A DNA stretch of 64,000 nt from Schmidtea polychroa (lineage: Eukaryota). This document shows, in pieces, positions 13,222-27,200 of this stretch (within the stretch, counting starts at the first letter, position 1; each line of letters begins with the position of its first letter). The position numbers and the translations under genes are program-made. The notes beneath the pieces are model-generated. The model made no database searches. It was not told where the DNA came from and worked only from the letters and a program-made list of their open reading frames with translations. The stretch lies in the NCBI GenBank assembly GCA_044892525.1, contig CM097885.1:15192001-15256000 (forward strand), written 5' to 3'.

Positions 13222-13825
13222 ATGGATAATCAAATTACAGGTTTGTTGTCGTTTACACATATTACATTTATTAGTTTTTTAATCTAGGAGTTTTGAAGAG
13301 AAAAAATGCAGATGCCGCTCAGGAATTCGGAAAACGGAAATTTAAAGAAGCGACATTATCCTCGGAAATCTTGGTCAATGTTCGAGTGGATACAAAAAAG
13401 CCAGTCGAATTCATGCAATGCAAACTAAATTATTTGTATTGTCCAATTTCCTATACATTTAAGGTAAGTTTCTATTAATTATTTTGGATTTTATTATTAT
13501 TATTATTTATTGTTAGTAACCAGTAACTCTGGAAAAATGTTTCTACAATGTGAGACTTTCCAAAATCAAGTTTCACGACAAGATGCTATTGGGACAATTA
13601 TTTCAGAGGATCAATGAAAATATTGAATTTGATGATTAAGATATGTTCATTAGAAACGATTTGGATATGATTCACAATGGTGGTAAGATGAGCAAAATAA
13701 CCTGCATGGTTACCATATTATTTCAAGGGTATAATGTAAGCAGAGACCGAATCAAACCAATTTGGAAAATTATAAAGCCGAAGATAAGTTTGAAGAGGAA
13801 CATTGTTCATGTTAAATTTATTTAA
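13222..13825 (+). pseudogene. Spliced hypothetical gene, homologue of 49071-49490
   Basis: ATG at 13222; a GT-AG intron at 13241-13287 joins in frame to the 13293 ORF; second donor GTAAGT at 13464. C-terminal VTILFQGYNV...PIWKII matches ITITIQGYKV...PIWKIM. Internal stop at 13637. Confidence 0.65.
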
Positions 13826-13893
13826 TACATCTTTATTAGTGTTTTGGTGTTTTTAAATCATTGAAAATAACTAAAGTTTTAAATTTATTAATC

Positions 13894-14271
13894 TTAAATA
13901 CTATCGCTTTTCATTATATTTTCAACAATATGATCAATACAATTAGTAAAAACAATAGATTCATCTTCTTGTTTAGATTCATTTGGTAATTTATCTGTTG
14001 TAGAATTCTCAATACATGACTTAAGTTCTTCACTAGGCAAATCAGTATATTCATCTTCTTGCTGGGAAATATTTTTAGATTCATGACATATCATCTTCAT
14101 TAATTTCATCGTCTGAATACGCCCATTTTAATTTCTCTGGAACATTCATAAATTCTCTAATTTTTACATTAGATATTTCCTCTAATTTTTCAATCAAAAA
14201 GTTGATTATATATGCTAAATAAAAAAAATTAATAAACATTATAAAATTCATATTTTACCTTTTTCCGACAT
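13894..14271 (-). pseudogene. Spliced acidic hypothetical gene, homologue of 48616-48974
   Basis: MSEK|AYIINFLIEKLEEISNVK after removing the intron at 14258-14215; C-terminal CIDHIVENIM; appears disrupted internally. Confidence 0.65.
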
Positions 14272-14329
14272 GGTTGAAAATAATTAAAATGAAAAAACTA
14301 ATTATGTTTATACTATTATTCAAAAGCAA

Positions 14330-15971
14330 CAACATTTACCAAGATTTATTATAGTTTTTGATAAACTTTTATACAACACCTAAAACTTTCAATAGTTTCA
14401 ATAAAGCCATATTTCCTTATGATTATGCGACTGATTTGAATGTACTTGAAACCATTTATGAATTGCCTCCTATTTGGTCTGGTGTTACTGAAGATGATTA
14501 TGCTAAGGCTCAACTTATTTGGACTCAACACGTTGTACTAAATTGGCTGACTATATGTTAACTTATCAAGAATTGGATGTATTCCTCCTTGCGGACTATT
14601 TCCAACAATTCCGCTCCAAGGCCATTGCATACAATGGTCTAGAACCTCTAGAACTTTTATGGTATTCCGGGTATGTCATGGGCCTCAGCGCTTATGACAT
14701 TAACTGAGCCTATAGAACTTTTACAGGACATGGAAATGTTCAATTTTTACGAAGGAGGAATACGTGGTGGGTTAACATTTGTTAACAAACATTACGTTGC
14801 TGCTTCTGATAATACAGAATTATTATATATTGATATAAATAATCTGTATGGTTGGGATCTTAGCCAAAATTTTCCTTTTGCTGATTTCACTTGGGTGTAT
14901 GATGGATTGAATGATGAATTGCTTGAGTGCATGAATGCTGACATTGAAATCCTTCCCTATGGTTATACCATAGAAGTGGATATAGATATTCCAGAAATTT
15001 TTCATGATTTTTTAAATGACTTTCCTCTTGCTCCTGGTTCGAAAGTTGATGCTCACGCATTGGCCAAAGAACTATGTTCTTCATTGGAGGTTTCTCAAGA
15101 TTGATTGGTATCTTGGTGCCAAAGTTGTACATATCCATAGGGCTATAAAATTCAAGCAAGCACCGATTTTTAAAAATTATATAAATAAAAATACACAGCT
15201 AAGAGCTGAAGCAAGCAGTGAACTGTACAGAGATTTATTCAAATTGTATAATAATAGCTTGTACGGAATATCGGTAATTCCGCGGAAAAATTAATTACAT
15301 ATTCATCAAAACCATCATTTAGAAAAACCATCAACATTGATGATGATCTTTTTGGTGTACATCTCAATAAGGAGTCTATATGTTTGGATAGACCCAGCTA
15401 CTTCGGACAATCAGTGCTGGATTTATCCAAACTAAGGATGTATCAATTACAGTACATAGAATTAGCAAAACATAGGAGTCAGTTTAACTGTGATATAAAT
15501 ATAGTTGCGGGGGATACCGATAGTTTCTTCTTAGAGGTCAAAAATGTAAAGCTTGACGTTCTTTTGTCAGCGATGATTTCGGATGACTTGTTAGACACCT
15601 CAAATTATGATCCTTCTCATCCTTTATATTCTAGGAGACTCGAGTCAGTTATAGGAAAGTTTAAGGATGAGAGTAAGGGTGTAGGATATAGTGAGTGGGT
15701 TTTCTTGCGACCAAAGTGCTACAGTCTTTTAGGAAATAAATCTACTATGAGAGCTAAGGGCGTAAAATTACCAGGTACAGATATAAAACATCAATCCTAT
15801 CTAGACTGTTACAACATCAACACAGTTATTTCTGTACCTCAGACTAGAATAGGAACCCGAAATCATCAGCTTTTTACCTTTAAAAACTCAAAGATTGCTT
15901 TAACTAATCATGATGATAAAAGAGTTTGGGTAGAGAAAAACTCTAGTTTTGCATATGGTCATTATTTTTGA
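14330..15971 (+). pseudogene. Protein-primed family B DNA polymerase (pPolB), N-terminally deleted and frameshifted
   Basis: FPYDY, GIRGG, motif A YIDINNLYG, motif B KLYNNSLYG, motif C GDTDS, GKFKDE, LRPKCYS and DDKR across several frames. Confidence 0.92.
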
Positions 15972-16644
15972 TGACGATAATGATATTCAATCAGGAGCAG
16001 ATCCGGATCTCATCAATCAACATCTACAAGATTAATTTAATTCTGTGATCGGACTTGTTTGAATTTTTGTAAAATAGAAATTATTGTAGTCTCGTTTTCG
16101 TTTTATAATTATCGGTTTTATTTCTTTGATTTTTTTTTAATAATTTGATGTGTAAAAGTATTTTATTAGGTTGTAGTTTGTTAATAAAAATAATAATAAA
16201 AATAATAATACCTTCTATATTGTGTACAAACATTATATCTTCAAATATATAACCATTGGATAGAGCTCTTTAAGACCTTTTTAATGAACCATTATTCAAT
16301 AAAATATATCGAAGGTAATCCTTAAAATTCAAATTTAAAATGTTCGCAAATGTAAAGCATGTTCAATGTATATTAATGAATATCATACTATATACATTTA
16401 TTAAACATTTATTTCTTTACCTTTGTTATTAATACTTTGAATATTGTAAATAATAAAACTATGTTTCAAATAATAATATTCAAACTAACCAAAATTTACA
16501 AACTACCGCGCCAGCCCCTTCGGGGCGGGCGGCGGTTGTGTATGTTGATGATTTTAATTTTTATTAAATGCATTTGTTTGATTTCAGAATTCGATTTGTG
16601 TGACTAACCTAGTTAAATTTTGAGTTGATGTATTCGAGGGGGGA

Positions 16645-16775
16645 ATTGACCTTGACCTTAAAAATTTTGGCCTTGGCCTTAAATTTTGACCTTGAACTTT
16701 AAAAAATTGACCTTGACCTTGGGGTATGGGGTGTCCTGGATGTGACATGTCCTGGAGGTGACATATCCTACTACT
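16645..16775 (-). repeat. Right TIR of element A
   Basis: TGACCTTG array followed by TCCTGGATGTGACATGTCCTGGAGGTGACATATCCTACTACT. Confidence 0.9.
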
Positions 16776-18084
16776 ATCTAAAAGACTGAGCATTTTATTA
16801 ATCAGGATAAAAAAATGATTTTAATATAATTTTTATCAATACATCTAATATTTCAATAGAAGGGGAAAATAATTCAAATAAATTAATAATTTTTTAATTT
16901 CAAAAACAAACAGCTGAAAATATTTTAGTTGAGACAATTCAAGTACTCTCAAAATAATTTAAAAAATCCTTAAAATTAATATAATTTATTTTCCTTTAAG
17001 AAAATAATATAACTGAAAAACTTTTTAATATACTTGAAATTAATATAATTTATTTAAAAATAACATCTGGCTTAAAAATCTAATATAAATACCCCAAACA
17101 TTTTTAGTATAATCGCCCAAAAATTTAGCGCTTGTAATAATATTCAAAGGTTAATCCTACGAATAAAACAAAGCCCGGAACAGCACAAAACGTTCCACAA
17201 ATTTTTATTTACAGTAATTATACATATACACGCACGACACAACATAATAACAAAACACAATATTTCACAAGCATTTTTAGAAAATATAATAGAATAAAAG
17301 AAGTATTTGGATAAATTGTGTAGATCGATTTAGAAATTTAAATTCATCTGTTATTTGGTAAATTTTGTTTTTAATAAATATTTATCTAGACTTATTTTGA
17401 TATATATAAGAACCAGATAAGTTGAGTGTTCCCGAGTATCGAGACTTCAACAAATAGAAGACTCTAAAATGTATTAATAAAGTTTAAATTGGAAAAATTT
17501 TACATCAATCACAACTGTTTCCCACTAAATATGGTAAGAAAAATCCCAGTATGGTTTATTAAATCGAATGAAAATTGAGTAGCTTTTAAAAATGAATTTT
17601 AACCTTTGGATGTGTAAAATGACTATAGTCCATGGCTTGTAAAAAACGTTGCCCTTGTACAATTTCCTAATATCTCAAATAATCTTTTTTTAGTCAAGTT
17701 TCTCTCTTTGAAAAATTTAAATTTTTTCCAGAAAAAAATTGAAGAGATACAAAAATGTTGTGGTCAGTTGTTGCACATTTAAGTCAATACTTGAATTTCT
17801 AGTTTGAAAAATTTGCACTTTAAAATCAATAAAAAATTTAATATATAAAAATCAATAATCGCGACTTCACCTTGAAAAAATAGGTAGGGGCTCTGTTGCT
17901 AACCAGTGCGCGGTAACTAATGGTAGTCGATTTTTGTCACCTTGCATTTATAACACTGATATATAGACCGTTTTTTGTTTTAATATTGCGTAGGAGTGGG
18001 AGAATGAGATACCAAACATATGTTCATTTTTAAATTCAAAATAAAGCATAATCATATTATTTCTGAATAATAACCATTTGTATA

Positions 18085-18425
18085 GGTCCAGATCATAAGA
18101 TAATGCCATCATTGAACAACCTAATGGTCGCATCTCAGTTGATTGGGTAGAAAGCTGCTTAACATCCGCAATAGAACGACATATTATGTCGCAAGGCATT
18201 TCATATCCATGTTTATATCTAAATCGAGCTGCTTCCATTTGTGCACGACATACTTGAGATCGATAATCAGGGATCATACCAGTCATAACACCTCCAGTAC
18301 TTTCAGTAATATTAAACAATCTTGTAGCTGAACTCTTCTCAATCATTTTATCTGGAACCTGTCTTTGTGTAGCTACTACATCACAATAATTGCATCGAAT
18401 ATCCACGGAAAGCAATCCACCACAT
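18085..18425 (-). pseudogene. PSMA6: Proteasome subunit alpha type-6 fragment (retrocopy-like)
   Basis: GGLLSV...TQRQVPDK...VMTGMIPDYRSQV.RAQMEAARFRYKHGYEMPCD...TQSTEMRPLGC matches PSMA6; the N- and C-terminal parts are missing and there are no introns in the segment. Confidence 0.8.
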
Positions 18426-19499
18426 AAATTTGATATCATATTATTCTTTTCATAATTAATTGCCGCCATCTTTTCTAACTCTACCAAAATTCATAAACCG
18501 AAATTCGATACCATTAACACCATTAACATTATCATATTCATAAATTTCTTCATTACCAACTCTCTTTATTGCAATAGTCACATGTATTCAAATTAATCAT
18601 CATTCCTTCAAAACATCGATAAAATTCCAACTCTTTACAACATTCAACAAAATCGATAAAAAATCTAAAAGATTACAAACAAACTAACTAAATAAAACTT
18701 GAAATACCTCTTGCTCGCGTCTGTGTGTGCACACAGCCAAAAACAAAGAAAAGCGCACACAGACGCGAGATCAGATTAAAATTTCCACATTCTCAATTTT
18801 ACGCGTCTGTGTGCGGACACAACCAAAACAAAGAAAAAGCGCACACAGACGTGAGACAACTAATAATTTACCACATATGTCTCTTTCTTTTCATCATTAT
18901 GGAGAACAGCATTAATTTTAATATATGTTTAACACAAGATTTGACGCTTAACAGTTAGAATTCTTAGACAATTCTAGTTAGTGTTTGGTGATGTGAGTAT
19001 ACTGTTGTGCTGTTCCTGAGATTATTATCATCCCCTGTTGGATACTAAACGTGAGTAATTTTCATTATAATCTTATCATAAACGTTTTCGTGTTTTTATC
19101 GTATTTTATAGAATTATTATAACTTGCATTCAAGTTATATGAAGTAAATGATATGGAAATTGATAAAATAAGATAATGAAAATTTATTTCTTAAAAATTG
19201 AATCTCCATGTTATATTTTTCAGTTTTTTCTGTCATTTTTTATAATATTTTCATAAAAGATTTTTATAAATATTTACAAGATAAATAACATAATTTTCTC
19301 TCCCTCTTTCAGTTTATAAAATGGCCAGTAAAAATCTACTGCTGATCCCATCTCTGCAGACACAGATTCAGAATATGAGGCATATTTATGAATATGAAAC
19401 TATTTCTGATATCCGTACGGCACCCATTCGTGATGAGTGGACTCGGGTTTCCGACATAGAAAGTGTGGTGCGATACTCATACAGGCTATTTGTTAAAAT

Positions 19500-19990
19500 T
19501 TGATGTTTATACAGGGAAGGAACTTACACAATTAGATGAAAGTTTGGGTTCAAATATTGTTGGATGGATTCGAAAATAAGGGACATGGGTAACTTTTTTT
19601 CTAGTGAACCACTTTATGATACGTTAAAAAATACAAGGGCATGTGACACGGTTAGATCGAATTGGCAGGGGTTGCCATCAGAAATGAAAAAGGTGAAAGT
19701 GAAACGGGGACAACCTCCTATATTAGGGGAAATTATATAGCAGGATTCTGGTAGTGCCAACATGATATCAAGTTTAGGCGACTCTGGAACCTGTAAAGTT
19801 ACGATAAAATCAAAAAATAGAGATAAGTTTGTTATAAAATCTAATATAATGACCAATTATAACGCTTATATATGGGGTGTCGATCGATTCGATCAAATGT
19901 GTTCCGCATATACCTTCAATAGAAAATCAATGAAGTGGTATAGAACTCTGGCATTTCGTAATTGAAATTGCTCTTGTAAATTCAAAAATC
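19500..19990 (+). mobile_element. piggyBac transposase C-terminal remnant
   Basis: ACDTVRSNWQGLP and YNAYIWGVDRFDQMCSAY...RKSMKWYR (third-D region of PGBD4-like proteins). Confidence 0.75.
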
Positions 19991-22589
19991 AGAATATAAC
20001 ACAATAGTAATTTTTTTTAATTATTAGAAACGTTTTCAAAATTTGATATATTATAGCGGAATACTTATGTCGTATTCAAAATTCTGAACAGAGGAATATG
20101 ACTCATTATTAAGGACATTAAAGGTGTCAAATATTGTTCAATTACTCTAAATATGACCAATGCGAGATTAGACAGCAAAGTCGATGCGATTAGGTACTTA
20201 AAATTACAAAGAAAAGATTTTTTGAAAATTGAAAAGATTATTTAGTAAGGAGGGCCAAATTAGTTTATGCACAAAAGTGCCGGAGATGTTATTTTAAAAT
20301 GTTATTTTAAATGTTGAGTTAATTTGTCTGATAACAAATGGTGATAACTGAGAGCAAGTTCGGGAATTATGAAAACTATGGAAAATGCCATAAATAATTT
20401 AGCTAACTTGTGATTAAACTTTATCCAGCCATCATGTCAATTTATTACAACATCAAACGGATCATTATTATACATTTTATTCAATAATCTTTATTTATAT
20501 TCATCAGAAATAGTCAAATTACACAAATAAAAATAATTTTGAATTTCCTTATATCACAACTGTTAGTTTCAATTTCAATGTTTAATATTAAAGTTGTGGA
20601 TCAATCTTTAGTTTTATTTAATTTGCTCTATTTTAAAAATATTTAAAACAGTGGTTAATTGACTTATTAATGAACTTATTATACCTGCATTTTTTCTCTT
20701 CTTGGAAAGTATTATACATTCTATTTGCTTTCTAACTTTCTAACTTTGTAAAAAATAGTAAAAGAAATTCTAAAAGTTGTAATAATTTTAACAATCCACT
20801 CTATAGTCAAAATATATAGCAAACTTACTTTCAGATAATTTTTCTTTTGAAAGATAATTTTGAAACAAAAATATAAATTTCAATGAATTTATAATGTTAA
20901 CAAAGAATAATGTCGCCATTTATATAAACAAATTTAATTTTGAAGCATAATATTGTAAACCCGTTTATGAACAATGAAAAGTAATAATAACATTTGAAAC
21001 CTAAGCTAAGGAACTAATATTTTTATAATAAACATAATTTAGATTTAACATTTATTAGATAACATGCTATAAATTATCTATAAATGCATTTTACCCATTG
21101 TAGTGTTTAATTAGATATTTAATTTACAAATTTTATTTAATAAACACTAAAGACTAATTTCGCGATTTGGGATACATCAACATCCTTATCTTTCATTGAG
21201 GTTTTATTTGCTATTTTTCAAAAATGCTTTTACTCTTTGATTTTTGGAGTATCTTTTCTTCTAAGGTCATCATGTATCCTATGGCCCCTCTTATAGTCTC
21301 TTAATTATTTTTTTTATTTAAACCTGGTTTTGAAATTTTCTTGTTAACTACTCATTCATCTAAAGTTGTCTCTAAGCCTCTTTTTATTGAAACTGTTATC
21401 ACATTATTTTCGCTTGAGTTTATTCCATAACCCATTAAACAATCTTCATTTTGCAACTTCGTCCTATAAAAATATAATATCATTTCATAATTTATCACTA
21501 ATTCATTATGCCACTCTGTTCTTGCTATTTGTTTTAATTTCTTCACTTTTGTACAAGCGTGTATTCCATTTTTTATGAACAATTATCCTAGATTTATCTT
21601 TTTCGTTAGTCTTTAGAGTTATCTCTAGTGGTTTATACAGTATCTCATTTTTTCGAATGTATTCACTGTATTATTTCAGTATCTTTTTTTCTCGATTTCG
21701 AGATCGAACAACTGAGTTTCTTGCTGTTTTTTTACTAAGAGTTGTATTACTTTTCTCAGACTCTCAAGGTATATCCCTTCAACTTGATTTTTATTTATCA
21801 TTCTCAATACCTAGTTATCATAAACTAAATAATGATTCTTTTCTCATAATAAAAATTATCTAATTTAACTTCATTTGTATAAGTTTTGAATTCGTTTATT
21901 GATACTATTAGAAGTGTTAGGATCGAATCTGTGGACTAAGATATTCCTAACATAGAATGATGTATCTGACTCCAAAACATATATGTGCATGTAAAATATG
22001 TATATAGATAAAAAATATGATTTAAACTTTAAAGAACAAAGACTTTGTTTGAAATGTGTTTATACAAAATATACAAAACCCTTATTAACTTAAAAATGCC
22101 GCTGATTCTATGAAGTACAGAAATCGGTTGTACAAACCGTCCTCAGAGTAAGTAACAAATGCTGGGTCTAATTGCCCACAGCACTGTATAATGAAGCTTG
22201 GATAAGGAGCGTGGAGTTTCTCACATTTTTCGCTGTCGCTTAAATTAAACGTGATCTAAAGTTTTTTACTGATAACCCTCTATTTTAATCCAACGAATAA
22301 TGCTGCTTCTCGTGGTCAGGGTGATTGCCAATTAATATTAACCAAAACGGTTTTAACGCTTCTTATCGTTATGCTAATCACTTCACGAATTAGCACTGAA
22401 TGCGGCTGATATTCAACTTTGTCTGATTCGCTTTTATACTGGAAATATAACTACAGCTGCTTGGTTCAATATTTAATTTCTTTAATCTCCTAGATTGTCT
22501 ATTAAGACACGTCTCAATACGACAGCTGATGAGGTTCTTACTGCTTTTAATCAATATTGATTAAGGAACAACTCAGAATTTTTTTTGAT

Positions 22590-22652
<63 letters not shown>

Positions 22653-22899
22653 CTTATTATTATTATAATTACAATCCTAGCCTCTATATGGCTATTGAAA
22701 TTACTCCCTGAGTGAATCCAACCCCAACAGAGGCTGCTAGAACATCTTCTAAATTATTGTTTAAATCAGGTTCAAAAGATAACGTCATAATTCAAGTATT
22801 TATTTAATGAAATATTGTATAATTTTCAAACAAATTGTCAGCCTTGAATAAAATATTTTCCAAACAATTTATTAAAATTTTCGATATTCAAAACTTATT

Positions 22900-24140
22900 T
22901 ATTTAAAATTTATCTTTAACAAAATCTCTTTTTAATTTAAAAATTATTTTAAAACTTATTTTAAATGTCCATTATTTATATTTTAAAATTATCTTAATAA
23001 ATCATTGAAATATTCAATTATCAGCTGATAACATCCTCACAGGTGAATCGATTTTATTTCTTATGATCAATCTCTCCAATTTTATCTTGAATTCTTTTAA
23101 TTAATCTCTCAAAATCTCAATTTCATTATTTGATTCTTTAATTTCCATGCTATTTATCTGTTTTACTTCAGGGTCCTTCTTAAATTAAATTCTAATCGGT
23201 GATTTGACTAGTGCATTTCTACATGTTCTTACCATGTGGTCATATTTCTGACAGTTAAAACATCTTATCTCTCCTCGAAAATTAACTTTATCTCTTCCAT
23301 CATTACTGAACAAACTGAGCCAACAATTTCTATTGAAAGTTGGTCGATTAGGCTCATTCTCCTTTCTCTGAAATTATCTCTATTCAACTCAAAATTGTTT
23401 CTATTATCACTATTTCTATTTCAATTAAATCGATTTGTTCGAGCATATTCAAAATAGTTATCTCTGTTACTTTGATTATAACTAAATCGATTATTTCCAT
23501 AAAGACTATTTCTATTATAATTTATTCAATCTCTATTATCTCGATTATAATCATAATAGTTATATCTATTATTCTCCACATAAGTATTTTTGTCATTAAA
23601 TTCCGAACGATTATTATTTTGATTATTCGATCTATCCTTCGGCCTAATAAATCTATTATTGTTATCAAAACTACGATCTGGACATGGATTAGACTTTCTT
23701 CTATTCTGAACATAATTTAAATACAATTGTGATCATTCGATCTAAAAACATATCTTTATCATTGTACTTAATTTTTTTCCTTTCCAGTTTCCTGAATTTC
23801 TACTGCATCAATCGCAGAATTAAATCTATCTCTTTGTATAGCTTCAATAATTCGTGCTTTTTGTACTAACTCATTTAGATCTTCATATTTTACTTTTATA
23901 AATGTACATAAATGTTTTTGAATAATAAAAGCTTTTTGAGCTAAATAAGTTAAGTTATAAACATACTCATCAATTGTTTCTCTATTACCTTGATATCTGT
24001 TTCGAAAATTTTGAATATGTATCTTTTGTAGATCTCGTTCAGTCAGAATAATTATTAAAAAAGAAGAAAGATTATAATTCAGAGCAATATAAGATAGAGC
24101 CATCCGAAACTTAATCAACAAAACCTCAAGCAACAAATCC
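22900..24140 (-). mobile_element. Decayed Gypsy-type gag with CCHC zinc knuckle
   Basis: FRNRYQGNRETIDEYVYNL (retrotransposon gag motif), an Asn/Arg-rich linker, and CFNCQKYDHMVRTC at about 23221-23262. Confidence 0.7.
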
Positions 24141-24227
24141 TTACCATTGAATTCACACTACCCGAATTATAGAACAGGATCGTAAAGCAATACAAGATGA
24201 AGACAACATTATATATATATATATATA

Positions 24228-27200
24228 TTAGGGTGGGTCGAAAATTTTCTTTTTCTCCAAACATGCCTAAAAAGTTGTGCTTATGCTAGAAAATGAAATA
24301 TCCCTGCAAAAGACTGCTGTTTAAAAGGGTTTACAGGTCCCAACTTTTGTTTGTATGTATTAGTACTATCCCAGTAAAAATGCTCGCACACGTGCCATTG
24401 TAAATTCATCCTGCAAGCAGTCACACGCTTGCAGAAAGACCATTTTTGACATGCTCTATTCACAAGTCCAAGCTAACGCGTGCATGTATAGAGAGGTTAA
24501 TTCACGGAAGCACCTTCACACAAGCACTCACAAAGACAATTTCTTCTGAACAATACTAACACACACACTACAGTCAACACATAATCCACATGGATACTAC
24601 TAGTCAGTCTAAACTCAGATAATTTAATTTGTTTCGATTGGATGTCAAGTGTTTGCTGGACCTAATTAAAAACGTTAACTTGATGATTCACTTTTATTTT
24701 GCCAGAGCTGAGTACAGAAGAGCAGTTATGAAGGGACAGAGAAATAAGCAATTTCGCAAAACAAGAAGTAAATCACGTCATTGTCTGTTTGGTCAAACTT
24801 GTGAACTACCCAGAAACCAATTACCTACTTGTGAAGATGTGTTTCGTGATTACTGTTACAATGAGAAATGTACGCAATTTCATACTGGCTTTAACGAACA
24901 AGCAACTCTTCTCGCAAATAAGGTGAAGGAAATTTATATGAAGGCAAGTATCCCAACTGTTGAGTTCAGTAGTATTGTGGTTCGTGTCAAGCGACTAATA
25001 TCAAAAGTGCGTGAATTAGAGAAGTATCCAGAATGCAAGAGGTCATCTGCCAAATTTCAAGATAAGTTAAGCTCGTTTTCCAAATTGTTTGACATATGTT
25101 GCTGCAAATGTTTTAATGATGGTGCTCGTGGAAGAAGTCAGTGTACATGCCGATTGGCCTTGAAAATTCCTACCTTAGAGTGGGAGTTCTGGATTGACCA
25201 ACAAACTACCAGAAACATGAAAATCGGAAATACGGACAGACAGGAAACCTCAAAATTGAAGAGAAAACAAACGAAAAGCAGCCCTACAGGAAAAGGAAAA
25301 CAAATGAAAAATGAAATAATGGACACTGAAGTTAACGATCTACATCCGACCTCAAGAAGTGACACGGAGAGTGAAGCCGCTAGTGATGAAAGTAAAGATA
25401 AGTTAGACAATTCAACAGAAAGCTCAGAGTCAAGCGTAGAAGAATGTGATGAATTTCAAAATAGAAGACATTATCCTGAATTAAGTAAAGCTGTTGACAG
25501 ATGTGGTGTGAGCAACAGAGACACGTGTTTGCTAGTAAACGCTTTTCTGAAAGATATGGAACTGTTATCCTCTCAAACAATTATCGATCCCGCAAAATTA
25601 CGGCGTCAGAGAAAGTACTGGAGGGAGAGAGAAATTGAACAGCATTCAGCAGAAGCGAAAAACTTGATTTGCCTCGGTTTCGACGGGAAACAAGATTCCA
25701 CCTTACTTCATAGAAGGATCCTAAAAGAGGAGCATTATGTGATTGTCGCCTTTCCAGGGGATACATATATCGATCATGTTGTACCTCAAAGTAGTAAAGC
25801 TGTGGATATTGGCAAAGAAATCATGTCAATCATCGTTAGCATGCAGTCCTCACTGACCCTTCAAGCAATTGTGTGCGATGGAACCAATACAAACACCGGA
25901 AAAAATAATGGAATAATCAGAAGACTCGAAAAAAGCCTAGGGCGACCTTTACAATGGCTGATATGCTTGTTGCATGCAAATGAATTGCCATTCAGGAAGT
26001 ATTTTTCAGTCGTCGATGGTGGAGAAACAAAAGGTCCAAAAACGTCATGTGGTGAAATAGGAAGCGTTCTTGATTTTGATCCAAAAGACAAGCCCGTAGT
26101 AGCCTTTATGTCCCTTCCTGGAAAGGTCGTAGATATTAGTGAAAATGTCAAGAAAGAATTGAACACTGATCAATTGTATTTCCTCAGAGTATGCTTGGCA
26201 GTCCAGAAAGGGTACCACAACAACAAGGATGTCCCTTTTCTACAAATGGCACAACCAGGAAATTTGAATCACAGTCGCTGGCTAACGAAAGCTAATAGAA
26301 TTCTGCGACTATATATGTCCGAAACTGCTCCATCTGAACCTCTCATGCGAATAGTGAAATTTATTGTCAATTTCTATGGACCGTCATGGTTTTATATAAA
26401 GACTCACTCGTCATGCCAAGATGGTGCAAGAAATATTTTTTATATGCTCCAACTTCTGCAGGATTTGGATCCATCAGACCAAGAAATCATCTTTCCTGTC
26501 ATTCAGAACAACAATTACTTCTCACATCCAGAAAATATACTCCTAGCTGCTGTTGGTGATGATGATGAAGAAATCAGAAAGTTTGCAACAGAAAAAATCA
26601 TAACTGCAAGACAAAATTTTCTCCCTTCCGAAGTGATTCGCACTATGGACAAGAATACTGTCTTTCTTCAGTCGTCTGCTACATCATATGTTGACATGAT
26701 TGACTGGACAAAATGTAATTTGACGCCTCCCCCTCTTTTATCTCATATATTGGATCATGAATTGAAGATGAATAAGAAAATTACATTAGAACAATTTCCC
26801 TGTCATTCTCAAGCCGTTGAAAGAGCCATCAAAGATGTTTCTTCTGCCAGTTGCAAAGTGTTTGGTCACAAGTCCAGACATGGTATGGTACTACTGTGTA
26901 AAAAATCAAGGAAGGAATTGCCCAAGGTGCAAAGCAAAGCTGATTTCATGTGACTTCTTTTTATGCCCTCGCTAATACATTTCTAAACTTTTGGCTGGAT
27001 GTTTTTAATAAAAAATAATTTCGAAAGTTGATTTTTGTCTTTGAAAAGGATAATTCAAATTTGACCCTTCCTAATCACTGACGTTGTCAGGATATATTTC
27101 AATGCGGGATGAGGACACAGAATATACTATCTCAGCCCAAGAGAGTAAATAATATACTTATAAGCTTTTAAGAAAGCTACATCTAAATATGGACAAAGGC

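Larger units (their letters stand above)
10520..16775. mobile_element. Polinton/Maverick element A, internally deleted (6.3 kb), with TIRs and 6-bp TSD
   Basis: Begins AGTAGTAGGATATGTCACCTCCAGG and ends CCTGGAGGTGACATATCCTACTACT. Flanked by ATCTAA at 10514-10519 and 16776-16781. Encodes an integrase stub, ATPase, TBP-like protein and pPolB remnant. Confidence 0.95.

Noticed and set aside
21150..22560. Possible LTR and 3' ORF of the Gypsy element
   Set aside because: No second LTR, clear PBS/PPT or recognisable protein motif could be confirmed.
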